Assembly: GCA_964016885.1 (NCBI GenBank)
Contig: OZ024740.1
Coordinates: 79,918,001-79,982,000, forward strand
From: Eledone cirrhosa
Taxonomy: Eukaryota
Reading direction: 5' to 3'
DNA: 64,000 nucleotides
In this document: positions 1 to 12,209 of the stretch, piece by piece
Layout: each line of letters opens with the position of its first letter
Numbering within the stretch: position 1 is the first letter of the stretch
Notes under the pieces: generated by a model
What the model was told of the DNA's origin: nothing
The model's database searches: none
The model's input: only the letters and a program-made list of their open reading frames with translations
Position numbers and translations under genes: made by a program

Positions 1-3000
1 AAATTCACCTCGTGGACGAGAATGCAAGCACTCCTCCTTGTTTCGGCCCAGGATGGCTAACATAACCCCATCTCCCCCCGCGCCCCACCGCTCCCACCCT
101 CCAAACGCAATCCAAAACTTCAGAGTTGGTACCATGAATGTAGGCACCTTAAAGGGTCGCTCTAACGAGGTTGTAGAAATGCTTGAACGTAAGGAGGTCG
201 ATGTTTGTTGTATTCAAGAGACCAGGTGGAGGGGAGGGTCGGCTAGATTCATCGTGGGTAAAGAGCGATGCTATAAGCTTTTCTGGGTGGGAAATGACAA
301 TGGGTTGGGTGGGGTAGGAATCATGGTAGCAGAAAAGTGGGCAGATAAGATAATAGACGTAAATAGAGTGAACGACAGAATAATTAAAATAAGACTTGTC
401 CTCAATAAAACTACGGTGACAGTAATATCTGCGTACGCACCCCAATCCGGACTGCCCGGCGCTATAAAAGACAGATTCTACGAGACACTGATGCTCGCTA
501 CCTCCCAAGTAACCGACAGTGACTATATAGTTATTGCAGGCGACCTAAATGGTCACGTTGGACAACATTGTGACGGCTATGACGGAATCCATGGAGGCTA
601 TGGGTTCGGTACTAGAAATGAGGAAGGCTCCAGAATCCTGGAATTCTGCGACGCAAATAACTTAACTATCTGTAACACTAACTTCAAAAAACGAGACAAT
701 CACTTGATCACCTATAGATCGGGGGAACACACAAGCCAGGTAGATTATATCCTTACCAGAAGACGTGACAGAGTGTCTGTTGTTAACACTAAATCCCACC
801 CCCATGAAGAATTCACCTCCCAACATAGACTGATAATTAGCGACCTCATAGTCAGGACGAGACGTACTAGACAGCGGAAGAGGACTATCCTCAGGAGAAA
901 AATATGGAAGCTAAAGGACCCCATAGCCAGAAATAAATTTCAAAGCAAATTACTTGACGCTTTCGACAGTAAGGAAGAGCAATTAGAGTCGTATAATATA
1001 GAGGAACAGTGGGAATTCCTGAGAGCAAACCTGCTGACGGCGGCAGACGAAGTCTGTGGCTGGAGCAGGCCTGTAGGTAGGAGGAGAGTAACATGGTGGT
1101 GGAACAGTAAGGTGGAGGAGTCAATTAAGGCCAAAAAGCAGGCTTGGAAAGTATGGCGGGATGGGGGAAGGAGAGAAGACTATCAAGTGGCCAGGAGGGA
1201 AGCTAGGAGACAAGTGTACTTCGCAAGAAGGGAAGCAGAGGAAAGAAAGTTCAAGCATGTTCTACAACGAGAGGACCAAAAACGTGAGGTGTTCAGGATT
1301 GCCAGGCAATGTGTCAAGGAAAACCGTGATATTGTCGGGGAGAAGTGTGTACTTAACGATGATGGCATACTTGCCATAACCGACGCTGATAAGAAGGTAG
1401 CTTGGAAGTGTCACTACGAAAGGCTTCTAAATGAGGAGAACAAATGGGAGAAAGACAGTCTCCCCCAGATCGATCCAATAGAGGGACCAGCAGTGTTAGT
1501 TGAAGGTAGTATAATAAGTAAGGCAATCAAAGATATGAAGTCGGGTAAGGCGGCTGGGCCTTCGGAAATAGTTGCTGAGATGCTGAAGGCATCTGGTTCG
1601 GTGGGACACACCATGGTCACCCGGATAGTTAACCAAGTCGTACAGAATGGGGTTGTTCCGAAGGAATGGCGTAGCAGCATCATCGTTAACTGCTATAAGG
1701 GAAAAGGAGATGCCCTAGATAGGAGTAACTATAGAGGCATTAAATTAATCGACCAGGTCATGAAGGTCACGGAAAAAGTAATAGCGCAACTAATCAGAGA
1801 GAGAATTGATCTAGATGAAATGCAGTTCGGGTTTGTGTCAGGCAAAAGTACCACAGACGCTCTTTTCATTGTACGACAACTACAGGAGAAGTACCTAGCT
1901 AAAAGTAAACCCCTATACTTAGCTTTTGTCGACTTGGAGAAAGCCTTCGACAGAGTCCCCCGTTCCATTATCTGGTGGTCTCTTAGAAAACTAGGTGTTG
2001 ACGAATGGCTTGTGAGAGCTATACAAGCCATGTATAAAGAAACAGTCAGTAAGGTTAGAATTAACAACGAATATAGTGAAGAGTTTAGCGTAAAAGTTGG
2101 TGTCCATCAGGGCTCTGTACTTAGCCCCCTACTATTTATTATTGCCCTTCAGGCTATAACAGAGGAGTTCAAGACCGGCTGCCCATGGGAACTCCTATAC
2201 GCAGATGATCTAACGCTCATAGCTGAATCAATGACCGAACTAGAGAAGAAATTCCAAACGTGGAAGCACGGCCTAGAATCAAAAGGCCTTAAAATTAACC
2301 TGGCTAAGACTAAAGTTCTAGTTTGTAGGAAAGAAAATAAGGCGGCGGTCCCATCGGGGAAATAGCCATGCTCAGTGTGTAGGAAAGGCGTAGGTAGAAA
2401 CTCCATTTTATGTCCCAAATGCAAAGTATGGGTGCATAAAAGATGTAGTGGGATCACAGGTAAGCTAACTAAGAACATAGATTTTACATGTGGCCGGTGC
2501 TCTGGTGCAATAAGTAGCAGCAAGTGCCCACAAAATACTAGCTCCTTCAACTGCGCAGAGGGTTCTATAGAAATAGTGGACAGCTTCCGTTATCTGGGTG
2601 ACAAAATCAGCAGTGGGGGAGGGTGCTCTGAAAGTACAGTAGCTAGAGTCAGAACTGGATGGAAAAAGTTCAGAGAGCTTATACCACTATTAGCCGCTAG
2701 AGGGTTCTCCCTAAAAATGAAAGGCAGGTTATACGATGCCTGCATACGAACAGCAATGCTGCATGGCAGTGAGACCTGGGCATTGTGTGCAGAGGATATA
2801 CGCAGACTAGAGAGGAACGAAGCTTGCATGCTCCGCTGGATGTGCAATAGTAATATACGTGAACAGCAAAGCATAAACGAACTAAGGAAAAAATTAGAAA
2901 TAAGAGGGATCAGATGTTGTTTACTCGAGAGAAGGCTACGTTGGTACGGTCACGTGATGCGCATGAAAGACGACAGCTGTATAACAAAGTGCAGGGCAAT

Positions 3001-3663
3001 AAAGATAGACGGTAGCCACGGAGTAGGCAGACCCAGAAAAACATGGGACGAGCTGATAAATTCCGACCTCACACGCTTACACCTCTCCAAGACAATGTCA
3101 CTGGACCGAGACCTTTGGCGGTACTCAGTAATAGAGAAGACCCGCCTTACCTAAATACAAAGTAAAAACCTACTACAGTCAGTAGGCGCCTCTATCAAAA
3201 CACACCCCCGTCCCACCACCTCCACCCCACCCACACCACCCCTTTCAATGTAAAGTTATGTTGGTCCCACAACATCCAGGCCGAAACAAATGAGATCGTG
3301 TAGGTGTCACGACAAAAAACACACAGTCCACGCTGTAAATGTGGCCGTGTAGGCAACACGGTAAAAACCTCCCAGCCCCACACTGTAAATGTGGTTGGTG
3401 TTAGGAAGGGCATCCAGCTGTAGAAAACCCGCCAGACAGTCCACGCTGTAATGTGGCCGTGTAGGCAACACGGTAAAAACCTCCCAGCCCCACACTGTAA
3501 ATGTGGTTGGTGTTAGGAAGGGCATCCAACTGTAGAAAACCCGCCAGACAGTCCTATGCGAGCAAGACAACCACTCTTGCCTCAAGTGGGAAAACCCCCG
3601 TCCAAACCCATGCAAGCGTGGAACACGGACGCTAAACATGATGATGATGATGATGATGATGAT
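1..3663 (+). mobile_element. RTE-clade LINE (subfamily A), near full length, 5' end off-window
   Basis: EN-RT ORF, 3' UTR 3155-3637, (GAT)n tail running into an AT microsatellite; near-identical to the copies at 29.4-33.5 kb and 38.2-42.4 kb. Confidence 0.95.
38..3154 (+). pseudogene. RTE ORF: AP endonuclease + reverse transcriptase + PHD finger; single in-frame TAG at 2363-2365
   Basis: APE motifs (NVGTL, IQET, YAP, GDLNGH, VDYIL, SQHR) and RT motifs (QFGF, FVDLEKAFD, GVHQGSVLSP, YADD, FRYLG). ORFs 38..2365 and 2375..3154 share a frame; the TAG replaces the TGG (Trp) found in other copies. Confidence 0.93.
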
Positions 3664-3896
3664 TATATATATATTATATATATATATTATATATTATATA
3701 TATATTTTATATATATATTATATTTATTATATATATATATATTATATTTATTATATATATATATATATATTATATATATTATATATATTATATATATATT
3801 ATATATATTATATATATATTATATATATTATATATATATATTATATATATATTATATATATATTATATATATTATATATATATATTATATATATAT
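3664..3896. repeat. Degenerate (TA)n/(TATTA) microsatellite
   Basis: Pure A/T tract between two RTE copies. Confidence 0.95.
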
Positions 3897-5421
3897 AAAG
3901 CCTTTGACAGAGTTCCACGTGCAGTAATCTGGTGGGCTCTTAGAAAACTAGGAGTAGATGAATGGCTTGTGAAAGCGGTACAAGCCATGTATAGGGGAGC
4001 AGTCAGCAAAGTTAGGATTGGCAATGAGTATAGCGAGGAATTTAGCGTACAGGTTGGGGTCCACCAGGGCTCTGTTCTTAGCCCTCTCCTGTTCATCATA
4101 GTCCTGCAGGCAATAACGGAGGAGTTTAAGACCGGATGCCCATGGGAACTCCTGTATGCTGATGACCTCGCATTCATAGCTGAATCTATGGTAGAACTAG
4201 AGAATAAATTCCAAACCTGGAAGCAGGGACTAGAGAGAAAGGGCCTCAAAGTCAACATGACAAAGACTAAGGTCCTTATAAGTAGACGAGAAAACAGAAC
4301 CCAGATCCCCTCAGGGAAATGGCCTTGCTCAGTATGTAGGAAAGGTGTAGGTAGGAACTCCATTCTCTGCCCCAAATGCAAACAATGGGTACACAAGAGA
4401 TGTAGCGGGATCTCAGGAAGCTTAATTAAGAATGTAGGATTCACATGCAGCAGCTGTGCTGAAACGGCAAGCAAACAGCCACAGGAAACAAGTACCACCA
4501 ATCACTGGGAGGGCCCTGTAGAAAGAGTAGACAGCTTCTGCTACCTAGGTGACCGAATTAGCAACGGAGGTGGGTGCTCAGAAAGTACAATAACTAGGGT
4601 AAGAACGGGATGGAAGAAGTTTAGGGAACTACTACCACTGCTAGCTGCAAAAGGCTTCTCCCTCAGAATGAAAGGCAGACTGTATGATGCGTGTATCCGA
4701 ACAGCGATGTTGCATGGTAGTGAGACCTGGGCGCTGAAGGTGGAAGACTTACGTAGATTAGAGAGAAACGAAGCCTGCATGCTCCGATGGATGTGTAACA
4801 GTAATATACGTGAACGACAAAGCATAAAGGAATTGAGAGAGAGACTGAGCATAAGAGGAATCAAATGCTGCGTACAGGAGAGGCGGTTACGCTGGTATGG
4901 ACATGTGATGCGTATGAAGGATGACAGCTGCATAAAAAGGTGCAGAGCACTAGAAGTTGATGGAAACCGCGGAGTGGGGAGACCCAAGATGACTTGGGAT
5001 GAGGTGATAAAAGCCGACCTTACCCAACTACACCTCTCAAAGTCAATGACACACGACCGTGACTTCTGGCGTCACGCAGTAATACAGGGTACCCGACCTC
5101 CCATGGGTACATGCTGAAGCATATAAACAATATGCCCCCCTCCCTCCCACCGCAAGGTGGTCGTGGAGGTGCCACGGCAAAAAAGCACCCAGCCCACACT
5201 GTAAAGTGGACGTGTAGGCGCCACGAAAAAGCACCCAGCACTCACTGTAAATGAGGTTGGTGTTAGGAAGGGCATCCAGCTGTAGAAATCAAGCCAGATC
5301 AGTTCCTGTATGAGCAAGGCATGGTCAGCCGACCAGACACTGCCCACAACAGGACAACCCGTCTAACCCATGCTAGCGTGGAAGAACGGACGTAAAACGG
5401 TGATGATGATGATGATGATGA
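3897..5421 (+). mobile_element. RTE LINE subfamily B, 5'-truncated (starts at KAFDRVP)
   Basis: ORF to 5117 with RT motifs and PHD finger; 3' UTR distinct from subfamily A; (GAT)n tail. Confidence 0.93.
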
Positions 5422-5558
5422 TTATATATTATATATATTATATATTATATTATATATATATTATATATTACATTATATTATATATATATATTATATTATA
5501 TATATAATATATATTATATATTATATTATATTATATTATATATATTATATATTATATT

Positions 5559-6487
5559 ATCATCATCATCATCATCACCGTTTTACGTCCGTTCTTCCAC
5601 GCTAGCATGGGTTAGACGGGTTGTCCTGTTGTGGGCAGTGTCTGGTCGGCTGACCATGCCTTGCTCATACAGGAACTGATCTGGCTTGATTTCTACAGCT
5701 GGATGCCCTTCCTAACACCAACCTCATTTACAGTGAGTGCTGGGTGCTTTTTCGTGGCGCCTACACGTCCACTTTACAGTGTGGGCTGGGTGCTTTTTTG
5801 CCGTGGCACCTCCACGACCACCTTGCGGTGGGGGGGGGGGGGGGGGCATATTGTTTATATGCTTCAGCATGTACCCATGGGAGGTCGGGTACCCTGTATT
5901 ACTGCATGACGCCAGAAGTCACGGTCGTGTGTCATTGACTTTGAGAAGTGTAGTTGGGTAAGGTCGGCTTTTATCACCTCATCCCAAGTCATCTTGGGTC
6001 TCCCCACTCCGCGGTTTCCATCAACTTCTAGTGCTCTGCACCTTTTTATGCAGCTGTCATCCTTCATACGCATCACATGTCCATACCAGCGTAACCGCCT
6101 CTCCTGCACGCAGCATTTGATTCCTCTTATGCTCAGTCTCTCTCTCAATTCCTTTATGCTTTGCCGTTCGTGTATATTACTATTACACATCCATCGGAGC
6201 ATGCAGGCTTCGTTTCTCTCTAATCTACGTAAGTCTTCGACCTTCAGCGCCCAGGTCTCACTACCATGCAACATCGCTGTTCGGATACACGCATCATACA
6301 GTCTGCCTTTCATTCTGAGGGAGAAGCCTTTTGCAGCTAGCAGTGGTAGTAGTTCCCTAAACTTCTTCCATCCCGTTCTTACCCTAGTTATTGTACTTTC
6401 TGAACACCCACCTCCGTTGCTAATTCGGTCACCTAGGTAGCAGAAGCTGTCTACTGTTTCTACAGGGCCCTCCCAGAGATTGGTGGT
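5559..6487 (-). mobile_element. RTE LINE subfamily B, 5'-truncated, inverted relative to the previous copy
   Basis: Near-identical reverse complement of 4494-5421; ORF 5864..6313. Confidence 0.93.
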
Positions 6488-6509
6488 AAATATATTTTAT
6501 ATATTATAT

Positions 6510-6577
<68 letters not shown>

Positions 6578-6586
6578 AATATATAT

Positions 6587-6870
6587 CATCATCATCATTT
6601 TATTTAACGTCCACGTTTTCCCTGCTTGCAAGGGTGGGACAGGAACTGATTCTGGCTTGATTTCTACAGCTGGATGTCCTTCCTACACGACCACTTGGCA
6701 GCGGAATGATATGGACCCCAGTCCCTATCATCTCATTTCTACAGCTGAGTAAACTGGAGCAATGTGAAATAAAGTGTCTTGCTCAAGGAAACAACACATC
6801 ACCCGGTCTGAGAATTAAACTCACAACCTTTCGATTGCAAGGCCAATGCTCTAACCACTAAGCCATGTGC

Positions 6871-6873
<3 letters not shown>
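6587..6873 (-). mobile_element. tRNA-derived SINE family 1 with RTE-derived tail
   Basis: A box TGGCTTAGTGG, B-box-like GAGTTTAATTC, central CCTTGAGCAAGACACTTTA, 3' end shared with RTE 3' UTR, (GAT)n tail. Confidence 0.85.
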
Positions 6874-6950
<77 letters not shown>

Positions 6951-6953
<3 letters not shown>

Positions 6954-7294
6954 CAGTAGGAATCTCTAACAAAATACACCCCCATCCACACCACCCCCTT
7001 AAATGTTAAGTTATGTTGGTACCACAACATCCAGTCTGAAACAAATGAGGTCGTGTAGGTGTCATGACAAAAAACACACAGTCCACGCTGTAATGTGGCC
7101 GTGTAGGTAACACGGTAAAAACCTCCCAGTCCACACTGTAAACGTGGTTGGTGCTAGGAAGGGCATACAGCCGCAGAAAACCCGCCAGAGAGTCCTATAC
7201 AAGCAGGACAACCAATCTTGCCTCAAGTGGGAAAACTCCTGTCCAAAACCATGCCAGCGTGGAAGATGGACGTTAAACGGTGATGATGATGATG
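6951..7294 (+). mobile_element. RTE subfamily A solo 3' UTR
   Basis: Matches 3178-3660; flanked by (TA)n on both sides. Confidence 0.9.
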
Positions 7295-7576
7295 ATTATA
7301 TATATATATATATATATAAATATAAATAAATAAATAAAAGCTCAACCCAGTTGCTTGCAACCTAAGGTCCCCAAGCCTGCTACAACATAGGTCATGGAGA
7401 CGCGATCCATGCCAGTTTTTTGCTTATCATTCAGGCAAAAGGGGAAATGACCACATAAAAAAGGTACCCAATATATTGGTTGAATATACGCACCTTTATT
7501 TTATATAGAAATGACTTTTACAGAACTAGAACTGTTTCATTCATATGAAATCATCAGCATATAATATATATAACGC

Positions 7577-9230
7577 ATCATCATCATCATCGTTTAACGT
7601 CCATCTTCCACGCTTGCATGGGTTTGAATGGGAGTTTTCTCACTTGAGGCAAGATTGGTTGTCTTGCTAGTATAGGACTGTCTGGCAGCTTTTCTAGAGC
7701 TGGATGCCCTTCCCAACACCAACCACGTTTACATTGTGGACTGGGAGGTTTTTACAGTGTTACCTACACGGCCACATTACAGCGTGGACTGTATTTTTTT
7801 TGTCGTGACACCTACACGGGGGTGTATTTTTGTTACAGGTTCCTACTGACTGTAAGTTTCGCTTTGTACTTAGGCAAGGCGGGTCTTCTGTATTACTGTG
7901 TAGCGCCAAAGATCTTGGTCCAGTGATATTGTCTTGGAGAGGTGTAAGTGTGTGAGGTCGGAATTTATCAAGTCGTCCCAGGTTTTTATGGGTCTGCCTA
8001 CTCCGTGGCTACCGTCTATTTTTATCGCCCTGCACTTTTTTATACAGCTGTCGTCTTTAATGCGCATCATGTGACTGTACCAACGTAGTCTTCTCTCGAG
8101 TAAACAACATCTGATCCCTTTTATTTCTAATTTTTCCCTTAGTTCGTTAATGCTTTGCCGTTCACGTATATTACTATTACACATCCAGCGGAGCATGCAA
8201 GCTTCGTTTCTCTTTAGTCTGCGTATATCCTTTGCACACAATGCCCAGGTCTCACTGCCATGCAACATTGCTGTTCGTATGCAGGCATCATACAGCCTGC
8301 CTTTCATTTTTAGGGATAACCCTTTAGCGGCTAATAGTGGTATAAGCTCTCTGAACTTTTTCCATCCAGTTCTGACTCTAGCTACTGTACTTTCAGAGCA
8401 CCCTCCCCCACTGCTGATTTTGTCACCCAGGTAACGGAAGGTGTCCACTATTTTTATAGAACCATCTGTGCAATGGAATGAGCTAGTATTCTGTGGTAAC
8501 TTGTTGCTTATTATTGCACCAGAGCACCGGCCACATATAAAATCTATATTCTTAGTTAGCTTACCTGTGATGCCACTACATCTTTTATGTACCCATACTT
8601 TGCATTTGGGACATAAAATGGAGTTTCTGCCTTCTCCTTTCCTACACACTGAGCATGGCCATTTCCCAGATGGGACCGGTGCCCTATTTTCCTTCCTACA
8701 AACTAGAACTTTAGTCTTAGACAAGTTAACTTTAAGGCCTTTTGATTCTAGGCCATGCTTCCATGTTTGGAATTTCTTCTCTAGTTCAGCCATTGATTCA
8801 GCTATGAGCGTTAGATCATCTGCATATAGGAGTTCCCATGGGCAGCCGGTCTTGAACTCCTCTGTTATAGCCTGAAGGGCAATAATAAATAGTAGGGGGC
8901 TAAGAACGGAGCCCTGATGAACACCAACTTTTACACTAAACTCTTCACTATATCCGTTGTTAATTCTAACCTTGCTGACTGTTTCTTTATACATGGCTTG
9001 TATAGCTCTCACAAGCCATTCATCAACACCTAGTTTTCTAAGAGCCCCCCAGATAATGGAACGGGGGACTCTGTTAAAGGCTTTCTCCAAATCAACAAAA
9101 GCTAAGTATAGGGGTTTACTTTTAGCTAGGTACTTCTCCTGTAGTTCTTGTACAATGAAAAGAGCGTCTGTGGTACTTTTACCTGACACAAACCCGAACT
9201 GCATTTCATCTAGATCAACTCGCTCTCTGA
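7577..9230 (-). mobile_element. RTE subfamily A, 5'-truncated (RT + PHD + 3' UTR)
   Basis: ORF 7870..9204 (444 aa) with RT motifs; (CAT)n tail at 7577. Confidence 0.93.
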
Positions 9231-9256
9231 TTATATATTATAATATATATAAATAT

Positions 9257-9370
9257 AATTGTTTCTACTTTTGGCACAAGGCCAGCAATTACCCAGTTCA
9301 TTACTGGTACTTTATTTTATCGACCCGGTAAGGATGAAAGGCAAAGTTAACCTCGACGGTATTTGAACTC
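9257..9370 (-). mobile_element. SINE family 2 (Meta/MESC-domain-like), 5'-truncated
   Basis: GCCTTTCATCCTTAC.GGGTCGATAAAATAAAGTACCAG core on the minus strand. Confidence 0.8.
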
Positions 9371-9579
9371 GTGTGTGTGTATATATATATATATATAAGC
9401 AAAGAGTTATTTAATTTGTTGGTTATTCAACAAATTTATTTATAACAGATTCAAAGCACTCTACAAGATTCTTCTGGAGTATAATATCAATAATATTAAT
9501 AAATGGAAACTATCTTTATAAAACCATATTTATTTTATTATATATATTTCAAGAGTACCAAAACTTTTGGTACGCTCTC

Positions 9580-11575
9580 ATCATCGTTTAACGTCCATTT
9601 TCCATGCTTGCTTGGGTTAGATGGGTTGTCAAGTCAAGTCAGGTCCAGAGTCCACGTCATGCTCATACAGATTTGTATTTTGGCTTGGTTTCTATGGCTG
9701 CTTGCTCTTCCTAACACCAATCATGTTACAGTGGGAACCAGGTGTTTTTCATCATGGCACCAGAATGACCATCTTACAGGGTGAACTGGGCCCATTTTGA
9801 CATGACAACCTACATTGTGGACTGGGTGCTTTTTGTTGTCAGTAACACTATCATATTATAGGATATGTCACCAGCATGACTACCTTGGAGATTGGATTGG
9901 GTGCTTTTTTTGGTGTCACCTACATTATCACCTTACAGGATGGACTGGGTACTTTTGTTATCATGATGCCGGAGCAGCATACAGGTGGATTTTGCGCTTT
10001 TTGTCATGGCAATGGTATTATAGAAGATAAGATGTCGAGTGTGTCCATCTTTTATGAGTAGGGAAGGTGAGGTGTATCAGAGGTTGAGATGACAGGTAAG
10101 GAAGTTCAACATTGATGAGGTGTGTAGGATATTTATCTGGTTAGAGCAGGGTATTAAGACTAGGGAGAGTGGATGGATTTGGGAGGGGATGGAAAGAGGG
10201 TTGGTGTGACTGTGTCCTCTACATGTTTGTTTCATTTCATTTTGTGCACATGGGAAGGTAGGTCTTCTTCAGTACAGCATTACAACAGAGATCTTGATCC
10301 TGTGTCATCTCCATTGTGAGGTTTACCAACAGCTTTGAGCGCCCTGCACCTTTATATATAGCTGTCATCCTTGATATGCATCACATGTCCAAACCACTGC
10401 AATTGCCTTTCCCTGTACACTACATCTGACCACTTTTATGCCTAATTTCTCTCTTGGTTCACTGATGATTTGTTATTCACACACACTACTATTACACAAC
10501 CAATAGAGCATGTAAACTTCATTTCCTTCCAGTCTTTGTAGGTCCTCTGCAAATATTTCCCATGTTTCACTTCTGTGCAGCATTGCTGTTCGTACACAAG
10601 CTTCATACAGTCTGACTTTTATTTTGAGGGAAAAACCCTAGAACTTTAGTCTTTGCCAAATTGACTTTAATACCTTTTGATTCTAGGCCATGCTTCCAGG
10701 TTTGGAATTTCTTCTCTAATTCTGCCATAGATTCAGCTACATACAGGAGTTCCCATGGACAGCCAATCTTAAACTCCTCTATTATAGCCTACAGGAGAGG
10801 GCTAAGAATGGAGCTTTTGTAGTTGGCTCACACTGAAGAGGGCATCAGTGGTTCTTTTACCTGAAACAAATCCATACTGCATCTCATTCAGGTTAATTTG
10901 GTTCCTAATCAGCTGTGCTTATAACTCTTTCTGAGACCTTCATGTCATGGTCCATCAACTTAATGCCTCTATAGTTTTCTCTGTCTAGAGCATCTCCTTT
11001 GCTCTTCTATCAGGTGATGATGCTGCTGCCATGCTAGTCATTGAGTGTGACACCATTTTGTATTATTTGGTTTACAATATGAGTGGTTAAGGTGTGACCC
11101 ACCATCTCATGCTTTCAGCATCTCGGCAACTATTCCCAATTGATTAGCTGCTTTCCCTTTCTTCATATCCTTAATTGCCTTACTTACTGCTGACGTGTAC
11201 GGCTGGACTCTCTGTTGGATTTACTTGGTGTAGACTTATCTTCTTCCCATGCATTCTCCTCATTCAGTAATCTTTCATAATGGTACTTCTATGCTACTTT
11301 CTTTTCAGAATCAGTGAGGGCAAGTGTGCCATTATCATTCCAGACACTTCTCGCCACCAACATCACAATTTTCACTGACACACTGCCTTGCAATCTTGAA
11401 AACTTCACATCTTTGGTCTTCATGTTACAAAACCAGCTTAAATTTCTTCTTTTTCTATGCTTCCCACCTTGTAAAATATACTTGTCACCTAGCTTCTCTG
11501 TTAGCTTCCAGGTAGTGCACCCTGCTGCCTCCATTCTGCCATTTATTTTTTTCCATGCCTGCCTCTTAGCCTTTA
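9580..11575 (-). mobile_element. Old degenerate RTE LINE
   Basis: Decayed homology to the RTE ORF (KAKRQAWK, CPWELL, RLYEAC motifs), with 3' UTR and tail at 9580. Confidence 0.8.
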
Positions 11576-11725
11576 CACATGCATGTACGCACGTATGCGC
11601 GCACACACACACACGGGGAGTGGGGGTGGTGTTGTTGTTGACTGAAAGGTTCATAGGCTGATTATGAAGGATTGCTGCTAGTGCTGTGAAATCTTGCATA
11701 AATTTTAATCTTCTTATTAATAATG

Positions 11726-11969
11726 ATTTCATTTGTTGGCCACAAGGGCCGACATATAGGGGACAATACAAAAGACTGGGACAGTGGGGTTTTACAAAAA
11801 AATTGAGTAAACAATATGAATAACAATAACAAAGTAACAATAAAAATACAAGAAGAAAAAAATTCCCCAATAGGGGGGATGACCACCCAGGGTTCGCTCA
11901 GGTACCCCACCAATCCTGAACGACCCGACGCTTCGAGAGCACCTTGGAAGGGCACCCCTCTCCTCCTCA
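11726..11969 (-). mobile_element. 5'-truncated non-LTR retroelement 3' end with 19-bp TSD
   Basis: AATCTTCTTATTAATAATG duplicated at 11707-11725 and 11970-11988; insert unrelated to the RTE UTRs. Confidence 0.65.
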
Positions 11970-12209
11970 AATCTTCTTATTAATAATGGCATTCTTTCTT
12001 TCTGGGGACTAATGTTGAAAAATCAACCTCAACCTATGAATTATTCAGCTGACCCTCATATATACAATCAAGTATGATTATTTATTTTTCAAGAATATCA
12101 TATAAATACTTAAAGAATCATATTTCACTGATAGACTCCCTGTCTAAGTGAGTCAAGTTGTCTCAATAATAAAGTGGGGAAACCCAAATATTAGCCAAAA
12201 ATATTTTCA

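Noticed and set aside
149-2874. Recurrent antisense ORFs within RTE copies
   Set aside because: They are shadows of the sense ORF and recur only because the copies are near-identical.
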